From Candidatus Poseidoniaceae archaeon (GTDB lineage: Archaea; Thermoplasmatota; Poseidoniia; Poseidoniales; Poseidoniaceae), in the NCBI GenBank assembly GCA_943789275.1, contig CALSTM010000003.1:160489-224488 (forward strand): DNA of 64,000 nucleotides, written 5' to 3'. The stretch's first letter is position 1; each line of letters starts with the position of its first letter. This document shows positions 9,686-18,845 of this stretch, in pieces. Both the position numbers and the translations under genes were made by a program. The notes beneath the pieces were generated by a model. The model did no database searches. It was not told the origin of the DNA and was given only the letters and a program-made list of their open reading frames with translations.

Positions 9686-11692
9686 ATGAAATTTAGTCAT
9701 CTGTTCCGAAACAGCGATGCTGCTGACAGAATCATCACCTTTGCTTTTGTTGCTTTGGTCGTTATTAGTTTGCTTTCCGCAACGGCATACCTTGCTCTTG
9801 GAGGCGATGAAAATAATAAAACCGAATCCAATGAAACAGCGTGGGTTGACCCTGTGGTTGAAATTGAGGATGAACAACACAGCCACACCGATTTGCTGGC
9901 ACACCGTCTGCAGACCGACAACATGGTTTTGATTGACTATCACAACCTCAACTGTGATGGAAACGTCGCACCACCACCAGAACTCGACAACGTTGCGGGA
10001 CGGCCATGTTCTCCCGAGTTCAAGAACGTTGGACCGACTCCAGGAGACTCTTCTGAAATTTCCATTGAAGGCAATTTCATGGAAGACTGCGTGAAGAACC
10101 CAGACGGGACTGGCGGATGTTATGCATACGTCTCCTCGTACAATCAATTCGAAATCTTGGACATCTCGGAACCAAACAACATTGTCCTCCTCTCGACCTA
10201 CTACGCTGAAATTGGCCGAATGATTGACATCAAGGTGACGCCAGACAACAACTGGGTATTGGTTAATCACGAATTGACCAACAGTGACCTTGACCCGATT
10301 CCGACCGATGACGATGCCAACAGCGGTGCAAACCGACTCGATGTCATCTCTGTGGTCAACAAGAACGAACCAATCAAGGTCGCTGAGTGGAACAATCCTC
10401 CGGCAGGCTTCCACAATCAAGACATGCATGTCGATTGCGATTGGGAACCAGCAAACCCTCTGTGGTCCATTGAAGAGTGCCACCTGTTCCTCTACGGTGC
10501 AGACCCTTACCCGGAAATGGTCGAAGGGGATTCAGGAACATTCTACAAAGGAACTCAGATTTTCTATGTCCCTCTTGGCTTTGAATCTTGGAATCCAACT
10601 GCCACTGATGAACAACAAAACGACAGCCGACAAATTATCCGATGGGGCGGATATTCTCCAGAACCAGAAACAACCTGCGGTGGATCAATTTTCAACCACG
10701 ACAATGTGTTTCACATTCATCCAATCACAGGTCAAAAACTTCTTTACATTTCGTACTGGGATGCTGGACTAAGAATCGTTGATGTTACCAACCCTCCAGA
10801 AGTCCCAGACCCAGAAGGCATCACATGGCCACAAGACAATGAAGTCGGCCGATGGCTTGGTTGCCCGAGCGCTGACGATGGATGGTACGGCCCTGATGGC
10901 GGCGGACACGCGAACATGTCTTCCGAAGAATGGGGTGGCAGCAGCGGCGCGCTCAACGGCAACGGTTGGATACACTATGCAGTTCCTTACGACCATCTGC
11001 TTTGCAACGGAGCCAAAGACACCGACCCAATGGAAACATGGGATGCTGAATGCGGCACTGGACCAAATGATGCCGAATTTGGCATCAACTGGCGCCACTT
11101 GACCATGATTGCTCCAGAGTACGGGACCAACACAAACCACACAGGTTACATTTGGACCATTGACACTACAGACCCTGCTAAACCGTTCTTGGTGAGTAAG
11201 TGGAAGCTCCCTGGTTCAAGCATCCTGCCCGACGGCACTGAACATCCTCACCATTACATCCCAGGCGGTTACATCTACAGCCCTCACAACGGTGACACCG
11301 GAACCAACGGTAACGTCTACTGGACGCATTACCATGCTGGCAACTGGGTGACAGACCACAGTGATATTTGGCAAGACCTCGAGTGGGTTGACGGAACACC
11401 GGCTCCAGAAATTGGCTTCCCTGCTATCGCAAAGATGTCGGAAACCAAAACAATGGGCTACTTCCTACCCTCGGGTCCAACTTGGATGGATGACCCCAAG
11501 GAAACCCTTGGCTACGACATGGCTGATTGTTGGGCTTCCTGTATGATACCGTTTGATTGGGGATTACAATATGACCCACGTGGGTATTTGTTTATCTCTG
11601 AAATGGTCTCAGGCGTCTACGTGGTTCAAATGGATGAAGACAAGAATCCAAACTTTGTCTATCCTCCGTTGTATCCATCGACCGAAGATTGA
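9686..11692 (+). CDS. LVIVD-repeat beta-propeller surface protein, N-terminally membrane anchored
   Basis: ATG at 9686 (the track start at 9674 is GTG). N-terminal TM helix ITFAFVALVVISLLSATAYLAL. LVIVD-like repeats FEILDISEPNNIVLLSTYY and LRIVDVTNPPE. Acidic composition. Confidence 0.6.
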   Translation: MKFSHLFRNSDAADRIITFAFVALVVISLLSATAYLALGGDENNKTESNETAWVDPVVEIEDEQHSHTDLLAHRLQTDNMVLIDYHNLNCDGNVAPPPELDNVAGRPCSPEFKNVGPTPGDSSEISIEGNFMEDCVKNPDGTGGCYAYVSSYNQFEILDISEPNNIVLLSTYYAEIGRMIDIKVTPDNNWVLVNHELTNSDLDPIPTDDDANSGANRLDVISVVNKNEPIKVAEWNNPPAGFHNQDMHVDCDWEPANPLWSIEECHLFLYGADPYPEMVEGDSGTFYKGTQIFYVPLGFESWNPTATDEQQNDSRQIIRWGGYSPEPETTCGGSIFNHDNVFHIHPITGQKLLYISYWDAGLRIVDVTNPPEVPDPEGITWPQDNEVGRWLGCPSADDGWYGPDGGGHANMSSEEWGGSSGALNGNGWIHYAVPYDHLLCNGAKDTDPMETWDAECGTGPNDAEFGINWRHLTMIAPEYGTNTNHTGYIWTIDTTDPAKPFLVSKWKLPGSSILPDGTEHPHHYIPGGYIYSPHNGDTGTNGNVYWTHYHAGNWVTDHSDIWQDLEWVDGTPAPEIGFPAIAKMSETKTMGYFLPSGPTWMDDPKETLGYDMADCWASCMIPFDWGLQYDPRGYLFISEMVSGVYVVQMDEDKNPNFVYPPLYPSTED

Positions 11693-11701
11693 GTCATAAT
11701 T

Positions 11702-12121
11702 TCACTCGGCATTTGCCGGATTTGAAAAGTATGGAATGAACATACTCCCTAAGATGGCTGTAGTGTAATGCAACACCGTAGTCAAGACGTATGCATCACC
11801 GGTTGGAAGGTCTCGGTTGGCAATTGGAAGCGTCATAAGCGTCGCCATCGAGAGAGCAAGAAGTGTGAACATAATGCGGGATTTATCGCTCCATCGTTCC
11901 TCAATTTTGGTCCAAACCAATGTACCTATCCACCCCGGAACAATTCCTCCGCCGATGACGGTGCCCATTGCAAATATGGGAAGCGGAATCTCACCACCAA
12001 TCCGACTAACGGGGGTGGTGTCGTATCCAATAACCACCATGGCTCCCAAAATAAAGAGGTTGAGACCGCCCATGACACATGATGCTTTCAACCCAGCACG
12101 AGCGTGTTTCTTCCAGTTCAT
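11702..12121 (-). CDS. hypothetical membrane protein
   Basis: ATG start at 12121. Four hydrophobic segments (GLNLFILGAMVVIGY, PIFAMGTVIGGGIVPGWIGTLVW and others). Plus-strand ORFs in the same span have low-complexity, unlikely composition. Confidence 0.4.
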   Translation of the reverse strand: MNWKKHARAGLKASCVMGGLNLFILGAMVVIGYDTTPVSRIGGEIPLPIFAMGTVIGGGIVPGWIGTLVWTKIEERWSDKSRIMFTLLALSMATLMTLPIANRDLPTGDAYVLTTVLHYTTAILGSMFIPYFSNPANAE

Positions 12122-12176
12122 GCACGATGCAAAACAGTACCGATGATAAAAAAGGTAGTTACAGTCAAAGCATCAA

Positions 12177-12443
12177 TCAAAGTTTACCGCTGTACACGAG
12201 AAACCCAATTCCCAAAGCGATGACGGTTGTAAACAGCAGCGATGCCCCAATGATTCCACCTACAAAACCAAACACGGTCTTGAGAATGGTGATAACTTTT
12301 TCACCCAATGCCACGTCAAGATTTGGCAGATGAATATTTGTCGATTGATCGACATGTGTATTTTGGGTTGTATTGTGTACATCTCCAACATGCACATCGC
12401 CAGCAACTGCAGAATCTTGGATCATTGGTGTTGATTCAGACAT
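12177..12443 (-). CDS. small protein with C-terminal TM helix
   Basis: ATG at 12443. C-terminal FGFVGGIIGASLLFTTVIALGIGFLVY helix. Confidence 0.35.
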   Translation of the reverse strand: MSESTPMIQDSAVAGDVHVGDVHNTTQNTHVDQSTNIHLPNLDVALGEKVITILKTVFGFVGGIIGASLLFTTVIALGIGFLVYSGKL

Positions 12444-12517
12444 AGTACGGCCTTGCGTTCAACAGTTATAGATTCGAGTTTGTTTGAAACGGGGATTTCA
12501 ATGGGATGCCGAGAGTT

Positions 12518-14119
12518 TCATGCCATTGAACGAGGGGCTGCACCGTTCACTTCTGGCGAAACGCCAGCTTCGTATCGAGCGAAATTTTTGTTAAACATTG
12601 CAGCGAGTTTGTCCGCAGTAGCATCGTATTGAGCAGCATCGGTCCAAGTGTTACGAGGTTGTAGAACGTCCTCAGGAACATTCGGACACTCAACAGGAAC
12701 TTCGAAACCAAACCGTGGGTCGACCACGAATTCCACATTGTCTAAATCTCCGTCCATTGCTGCATTCAGCATTGCACGTGTGTATCGAATCTTCATTCGG
12801 TTTCCAACACCGTACGCTCCACCGGACCAGCCGGTGTTGATGAGCCATGCCTTTGCGCCGTGTTCAGCCATCTTGCCGGAAAGCAGATCTGCATACACAC
12901 CTGGGTGCATAGGCATGAACGGTTCGCCAAAGCAAGCCGAGAACGTGGCTTGAGGTTCTTTGACACCGATTTCAGTTCCTGCGACTTTAGCAGTGTATCC
13001 GGATATGAAGTGGTAGGCTGCTTGAGCAGGCGTAAGTCGAGAGATTGGCGGGAGGACGCCGAAAGCGTCACAGGTCAAGAAAATGACATTTTGCGGGTGC
13101 CCACCTTTCGAATCAAGGGTTCTGTTTTCGATGAATTCAATTGGGTAAGAGCCGCGGGTGTTCTGCGTCTTACTGACATCAGCGAAGTCAGGCACTCCGC
13201 TTTCATCCATGACGATGTTTTCAAGGACGGTTCCGAATTTTCGAGTTGTTCCAAAAATCTCTGGTTCATCTTCTTCGGATAAGTCGATGAGTTTAGCGTA
13301 GCATCCGCCTTCGAAGTTGAAGACGCCGTTTGCGCCCCAGCCGTGCTCATCATCACCGATGAGGGCTCGATTTGGATCGGCTGAAAGCGTGGTCTTTCCG
13401 GTTCCAGAAAGCCCGAAAAAGATAGCCGTATTCTCGCCGGTGGTGTTTGCTGAGCAATGCATTGGAAGAATGCCTTTCTTCGGAAGGATGAGGTTCATGA
13501 CGGAGAAAATCGATTTTTTGATTTCTCCAGCATAGCGAGTTCCGCCAATGATGACTTCTTTCGCTTGATAGTTGACAATCACAAAGCAATGGGAGTTGAG
13601 CCCATCTCGTTCAGCATCTGCTTCGAAGTGTGGTGCGTGCATTACGGTGAATTCCGGAGAATGGGATGCAAGGCGTTCTGCGTCTGGACGAATGAACATG
13701 TTTCGCGCAAATGCATTGTGCCAAGCGTTTTGGTTGATGACACGGATGGGTAGGGCTTCACTGAAGTCAGCGCCGCAATACAAGTCTTGGACAAACAGTG
13801 TGTCTTGTGCAGAAAGGTATTCGACAACTTTTGCACGCATTTTTGTAAAGGTTTCGAGGTCCGTCGAAACATTGACGTCACCCCAATTGATGTCCTCTGA
13901 TGTCGTTTCCTCGTCAACGATGTACTTGTCGTTTGGTGAACGCCCAGTTCGCTCTCCAGTCTCGGTGACAAGAGCTTTATGGGCACTGAACATCCCTTCT
14001 TTTCGAGCCACGGCTAACTCGATGAGTGTTGCAGCATCTTGATTCCAGTAGACCTCTCCAGAGGGGGAAATTCCGTGCGCGTTTAGGTCTCCGGTCGGAG
14101 TCCCATGGGTGGCCGCCAT
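12518..14119 (-). CDS. pckA: phosphoenolpyruvate carboxykinase (ATP)
   Basis: ATG at 14119 gives MAATHGTPTGDLNAHGISPSGEVYWN. Diagnostic PckA-ATP motifs GLSGTGKTTLS (kinase-1a P-loop), IGDDEHGW and FNFEGGCYAK. Length 534 aa. The 667-aa ORF-track version extends through a non-coding leader. Confidence 0.85.
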   Translation of the reverse strand: MAATHGTPTGDLNAHGISPSGEVYWNQDAATLIELAVARKEGMFSAHKALVTETGERTGRSPNDKYIVDEETTSEDINWGDVNVSTDLETFTKMRAKVVEYLSAQDTLFVQDLYCGADFSEALPIRVINQNAWHNAFARNMFIRPDAERLASHSPEFTVMHAPHFEADAERDGLNSHCFVIVNYQAKEVIIGGTRYAGEIKKSIFSVMNLILPKKGILPMHCSANTTGENTAIFFGLSGTGKTTLSADPNRALIGDDEHGWGANGVFNFEGGCYAKLIDLSEEDEPEIFGTTRKFGTVLENIVMDESGVPDFADVSKTQNTRGSYPIEFIENRTLDSKGGHPQNVIFLTCDAFGVLPPISRLTPAQAAYHFISGYTAKVAGTEIGVKEPQATFSACFGEPFMPMHPGVYADLLSGKMAEHGAKAWLINTGWSGGAYGVGNRMKIRYTRAMLNAAMDGDLDNVEFVVDPRFGFEVPVECPNVPEDVLQPRNTWTDAAQYDATADKLAAMFNKNFARYEAGVSPEVNGAAPRSMA

Positions 14120-14312
14120 GCCACCTCCTTCCGCGGGACCTCTTTGTCCCTTTTGGCTGTCCAATTTCTCTTGAGGAGGGTTTGTGAAGTAAAAAACGAG
14201 GTATTGCGCCTCAACTCTGATTTCTACGGTGTTTTTACAACACCCCCACAAATCCTCGCCCGAAATTACAATCGGCGAAAGCATTGAAGAGGACTTCTTA
14301 GAAGAGCCAATC

Positions 14313-17300
14313 ATGACTGATGACACGAAGGGGCGCCGCTCAACGCCGGCTCCTTCGTCACCGCGCGACGAGGTGGCTCGAAAACGAGACTTCCGACGCG
14401 CCCAAGGCATTGACATCAAATCGTTCATGGTCGATGCGGAGCCGGACGAACCTCCGCAACCAGAAAAAGCGGAACCTGTCATCGAAGATATCGCCGTTGG
14501 CGAGATTTCACCGCTCTTCACCTCCGGTGACGAAGAGTCGACTGTGGCCGGAGCAGTTCAACGGGATGGCACCGTAGAAAAAGCACCGGAAATGGACAGT
14601 GTATCGGACATAGCTGTGCACGGTGAGAAACGCTTGAGTCTCGGACTTTTGGTGGCGATGGTCTTCATTTGGTCCGCAATTGGGGCGATGGTTGGAACCG
14701 TCTTACCCGAACTTCTCAGCGGTGCTGGCCTACTTTTCATGGGCGTCTTAGGATTGTACCTTGGAGAACGATGGATTCCGAATCCAAACATGAGACTTCT
14801 GGGCGTAACTTGGGTTATTATATCGATGAAATTATTCTATGGACTCGCTCTTGATGCATGGCACTGGGGCTGGTTTGACGCGTCTCCTCTAGGAGCAAGT
14901 GAAACGCTTGGCATCAGTCTTATCGGCGTCGTATCGATGAACGTGTATATCGCTCAGCGTCACAACGAGGATGCTATTGCTGCACAAGCAACGCTCATAC
15001 TTCTGCTGGTAGGTAGCGCTGCAGGCGCACTTTATGGCGAGATTGGAATCGCCAGCATGATTGCTTTGGGAACGCTTTTGATGCACGGTTTGGCCGTGTA
15101 CCGGGAGTCTGGAAATCTTGCAAGCCTTGGAATTGCATCTTCGTATCTTTGGGTTGGTGTCCATGCGCTTTCTAACAATTGGGAATTGTTCGGACTTGAA
15201 TTGGTTTCTTTTGATGACGAATTATTGCTCTTTTTGCTCATGGCTTTTGTGACGGCCACAAACGCAACGATAGCAGCGCGATTTGTTCGGGCTGAGAATT
15301 GGTTCTCAAAGGCGTTCGAAGGCATGGGTCTGGGCAACCCTTCACTGTGGGCAGTCTCTGTTGGCCTGGGCATGATTGGTGCGCTGTTAGCCATTGCCGC
15401 CTATCGCTTGGAGACCGGTTACGCGCTGGCACAACTGGCGTTGCTGATTGGGGCCTTTTCCGGTTCGTACCTTGTCGTTCGCGGCGTTCGATTCCAAGAC
15501 ATTGCGCCCTTTTTGGTCGTGCCTACGCCGTTTCTTTTGGTTGGGCTTGCCATTTACAGTTCTGGAATACTTCCAGCATCTCTTCCACTTGGGTTGGATG
15601 AATACAGCGTGTATGCTGCGCTCACTTCGTTGTTCACCGCACTGGCTTTACTTCGAAACCAAACGGCTGTATCGGACCACGTTATTTGGTTGGGTGGCGT
15701 AGCCATCGTAGGATTACTTACACTTCTTATTCCCGCTGGCGAGTTGGACAACGGCGCCAGGATTCTTTTGACAACCCAGGCTATTATTTGGCTTGGATTA
15801 TCTGGCCTTGCCGTTCTCCGCTCTTCACCTTCTATTGCTGGAACTGCAGTCATCGGGCCATGGATATGGCTTCTGTTCTTTGCCACGGATGTTGATTCAC
15901 GCCTCATTTCGGTCGACCTCCTACCAATTGTTATTGATGAGTATGATCTTTTCATCTGGATGGGCCTTCTTGTTGTTCAACAAATTTGGGTCAACATCCG
16001 CCACGGGGAAGTTGGATTGAACCTTGCATCGCGTCTTGTTGGCTTTTCAGAAATAGGAGCGCGACTGCGTGATTCGGGCTTCGCGAAGCTTTGGAATCTA
16101 AGTTTCCTCCTCACACTGATCGTTACTTGGGCAGTTACCCGCCCGGGTGCTTTGCCGATATACGGGCTTCTTGGCGTACTGGGGGGCCTTCTCATTGGCC
16201 ATTCACTGATGGTGTACCTCGATAGGCATAGGGGTAAACCTCAGTCGTTGATGGGAGTTTGGGGTGTTTTTGCAGTATTGTTTTCGTGGAATTTCGGGCA
16301 ATCAGCGGTATGGGCTCTTTCCTTGGTAGCCTCGTGTGCCGTGATGCTCAAGGCATCCGAACAAAGCCGTGAACGCGGAGCCTCTGAGTTTGAACTCGAA
16401 AAAATGGAAGCTTTGCCCGGAAAACTCCTCACCATGATGATGGGTTTCCTCACCGTGTTTTTCATCATGATTGCGTTGAATCCGTTGACCACAATACCGT
16501 TGACTGGTTCTGAGTACATGTTCGACCAGGAAACAAACCTGTTGGTCTTGATGATTGTTGGCTTGGTGTCTTTGGCGCTGTACTTGGTTCGAGCCGCTAC
16601 TTTAGAGAAACTGTTGCCGCCGGCCGTAACGGCAGTTGGCCTCATCCTTTCGATGGCCCTTGCCGGCAGGTCAATTGCCGTTGAATCCGTTGTTTTGGTC
16701 GCACTTGTTGCCTTTGTAATGTCTGGAGCATATTTGGCAATTCAAGGCGAGTTCCGTTCAGGTATACGGGCGCTGACCAAGAAAGAAAACAGGGTCCAAC
16801 GGCTAAAAGAGAAGCAAGACAGGATTCAAGCCTTCCTTGACTCCACTGGAATGGAGGGTACTGAAGTTGTTCAACTTGGCAACCAATTTGCAGACGGCGA
16901 AACGCCTGAAACGCCTCAAAGCAATTTACGCCTTATCGATTCTGAATTACTGAACTTGGCTGAAAAGCAAAGAAAACGCCAAAAACGGGCCGGCTCAACC
17001 GGGGAAATGGACCTCTATGTAGGCGACATACACCACCAGCCCACGATTGTTCTGCTCTTTTTGGGAACGACAATCCTCGCAACCACTTACCTTTCATTCA
17101 CCACCGGTGCCACTCTTCTTGCCCTTATGTTCAGCGTCCTGATTTCTGTTCTCTTTGTCGGCCTTTCCCGCCTTCGTGCCAATCAAATTGGTTTACGTTT
17201 GCCCGATATACTCGGTATCGAGGCGCCAATAGCCCTTGCTATGCTGGGCTTGGTCATGGTTCACATCGCAGGCCGAGCGTCCAATTCAGTTGTGGAACTT

Positions 17301-18221
17301 GAAGACTCCACCCATCTAGCAGTCTTCTTCGGAGGATTGGTATCGTTAGCAGGGCTTGGTCTTCTGGGACGAAACGACCTCGGTTATCGAATTCCGAATG
17401 CGCTGGAAGGCGTCGTTTACCTTGCAGCACTTGACCGGGCAATGTGTGTTGTTGTTGGAGGTGAGGTCCCGATTCCGTTCAATCTGGACCCGTTTATTTC
17501 CGATTATTCGATCGCAACTTGGACTGTACCGTTTTTGTTGATTGAAGTACTTTTGATTGGTGCTGTGTTTGCCTTTAACTGGGTTGAAGGTAAGCGTATT
17601 CAACACAGTATGGACGATCATCGAGGGGCAGCAGGGCGCTCCGCTTGGATTCTCTTTATCGCTGTGATTTCTTTTGGTCCAGCAGCTTTTGCTGCACTTA
17701 TCGTGGGTGCTCGACGCGGTGTTTGGTGGTCACAGCCAGCAGTCGTGCTCACTGCTTGGCTGCTCACGCCATTGGCTTATCTTGCCACCAGCGCTTGGCT
17801 TTCCGACTTTGCCGCTTTGCCTCAACTCTCTCTGGTCACCACAGCACAGGGCATTCTCACCATCGCCTTTGTAGCATGGACGGTGGAAAAGCGGCAAGGA
17901 CTGTGGCTGCCAGCGGGGTTGTGGGCCATGCATATCCTGTTGATTGGTTCGGGCTTTGGATATGGAAACTTACTCATCACCGTTCTCCTCATCTTGGCTT
18001 CTTCAACCACTTCTTGGGTGTCTGGAATCCTCACCTTGCGGAAATCTTGGCGTATCGTCGGGGCACTTGATTTGGTACTTGCGTGGATTGTAGCTTCAGT
18101 TGTCATCATTCAAGGTGCTGCAGTGGAGGTCTTACTGGCTATACTGGTCGCATCCGCCGTTCTCCTCGGACTTGTGACGTTCTTAACACAGACTTACGAA
18201 GGCGAAATGGCAAAGGAGTGA
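14313..18221 (+). CDS. giant polytopic membrane protein (about 1300 aa, at least 30 predicted TM helices) of unknown family
   Basis: ATG at 14313 (MTDDTKGRRSTPAPS...); the track start 14229 is GTG and abuts a T-rich TATA-like element. Acidic N-terminal roughly 100 aa. Dozens of hydrophobic helices follow. A central charged coiled-coil-like segment RALTKKENRVQRLKEKQDRIQAFLD...AEKQRKRQKRAG lies at about nt 16770-17010, then a second block of helices. Confidence 0.6.
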   Translation: MTDDTKGRRSTPAPSSPRDEVARKRDFRRAQGIDIKSFMVDAEPDEPPQPEKAEPVIEDIAVGEISPLFTSGDEESTVAGAVQRDGTVEKAPEMDSVSDIAVHGEKRLSLGLLVAMVFIWSAIGAMVGTVLPELLSGAGLLFMGVLGLYLGERWIPNPNMRLLGVTWVIISMKLFYGLALDAWHWGWFDASPLGASETLGISLIGVVSMNVYIAQRHNEDAIAAQATLILLLVGSAAGALYGEIGIASMIALGTLLMHGLAVYRESGNLASLGIASSYLWVGVHALSNNWELFGLELVSFDDELLLFLLMAFVTATNATIAARFVRAENWFSKAFEGMGLGNPSLWAVSVGLGMIGALLAIAAYRLETGYALAQLALLIGAFSGSYLVVRGVRFQDIAPFLVVPTPFLLVGLAIYSSGILPASLPLGLDEYSVYAALTSLFTALALLRNQTAVSDHVIWLGGVAIVGLLTLLIPAGELDNGARILLTTQAIIWLGLSGLAVLRSSPSIAGTAVIGPWIWLLFFATDVDSRLISVDLLPIVIDEYDLFIWMGLLVVQQIWVNIRHGEVGLNLASRLVGFSEIGARLRDSGFAKLWNLSFLLTLIVTWAVTRPGALPIYGLLGVLGGLLIGHSLMVYLDRHRGKPQSLMGVWGVFAVLFSWNFGQSAVWALSLVASCAVMLKASEQSRERGASEFELEKMEALPGKLLTMMMGFLTVFFIMIALNPLTTIPLTGSEYMFDQETNLLVLMIVGLVSLALYLVRAATLEKLLPPAVTAVGLILSMALAGRSIAVESVVLVALVAFVMSGAYLAIQGEFRSGIRALTKKENRVQRLKEKQDRIQAFLDSTGMEGTEVVQLGNQFADGETPETPQSNLRLIDSELLNLAEKQRKRQKRAGSTGEMDLYVGDIHHQPTIVLLFLGTTILATTYLSFTTGATLLALMFSVLISVLFVGLSRLRANQIGLRLPDILGIEAPIALAMLGLVMVHIAGRASNSVVELEDSTHLAVFFGGLVSLAGLGLLGRNDLGYRIPNALEGVVYLAALDRAMCVVVGGEVPIPFNLDPFISDYSIATWTVPFLLIEVLLIGAVFAFNWVEGKRIQHSMDDHRGAAGRSAWILFIAVISFGPAAFAALIVGARRGVWWSQPAVVLTAWLLTPLAYLATSAWLSDFAALPQLSLVTTAQGILTIAFVAWTVEKRQGLWLPAGLWAMHILLIGSGFGYGNLLITVLLILASSTTSWVSGILTLRKSWRIVGALDLVLAWIVASVVIIQGAAVEVLLAILVASAVLLGLVTFLTQTYEGEMAKE

Positions 18222-18281
18222 TGGTTCGGGGTTGTGAACCGCCGGCGAAACCAGTAAATACCCGCCGCCAAAGTAGGCACT

Positions 18282-18845
18282 ATGAGCCAACTGTTTCAAA
18301 TGGACAACTACGTCATCCGAACAAAACTTCTTCGAATCTTTGGCGGAGCATTTTATTTCGAAGATTTAGAAGGAAATGTTGTCGCATACTCGAAACAAAA
18401 GCGATTCAAATTAAAAGAAGACATCGTCTTGTATACCGACGAGAGTTGCACCGTCCCATTGGTACAAATTAAGGCCCGATCGGTGTTTGATCTTGCTACA
18501 ACCTACGATATCTTCAGCCCACAAGACGGAACAAATCTCGGCTCTGCAAAACGCCAAGCACTGAAGTCCATCCTCAAAGATTCGTGGACCATTAACGATC
18601 CTGCTGGAAACCCATACGCCACATTTGTCGAAGACAGCATCGCCATTCTGCGCCGGTTCATTCCTTATATTCCGGCTAAATACCATTTTGAAGTGCCAGG
18701 TCAACCCGAGATTCTCATGCAACAGAGGTTCAACCCACTGATCAAAAGAACGCAGATATCAATCCCTCCAGGTCATCCATTGGACCGCAGAGTTATCGCT
18801 GCTATCGCTTTGTTAAGTTCTGCAATTGAAGGCCGCCAAGGCTGA
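18282..18845 (+). CDS. LURP-one-related / tubby C-terminal-like fold protein (DUF567-like)
   Basis: MDNYVIRTKLLRIFGGAFYFEDLEGNVVAYSKQKRFKLKEDIVLY matches the LOR family pattern of recall. Confidence 0.45.
   Translation: MSQLFQMDNYVIRTKLLRIFGGAFYFEDLEGNVVAYSKQKRFKLKEDIVLYTDESCTVPLVQIKARSVFDLATTYDIFSPQDGTNLGSAKRQALKSILKDSWTINDPAGNPYATFVEDSIAILRRFIPYIPAKYHFEVPGQPEILMQQRFNPLIKRTQISIPPGHPLDRRVIAAIALLSSAIEGRQG

Noticed and set aside
9623-10483. 286-aa minus-strand ORF
   Set aside because: It is entirely antisense to the LVIVD-repeat gene, has low-complexity V/N/R-rich composition and no motifs. It is a shadow ORF.
12547-14042. Several 60-160-aa ORFs on both strands inside the pckA span
   Set aside because: They overlap a gene carrying unambiguous PckA motifs, and their compositions are R/S-rich and non-protein-like.
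14229-14312. N-terminal 28 codons of the ORF-track version of the giant membrane protein
   Set aside because: The track start is GTG and lies within or next to a T-rich TATA-like element (gtgtttttacaa). ATG 14313 is the more plausible initiation site.
15032-16645. Multiple minus-strand ORFs (91-134 aa)
   Set aside because: All lie antisense within the 1300-aa membrane protein gene, whose hydrophobic periodicity is continuous.
18083-18472. 129-aa plus ORF overlapping the end of the giant membrane gene and the start of the LURP-like gene
   Set aside because: It has R/C-rich composition, spans an intergenic region and two better-supported genes.
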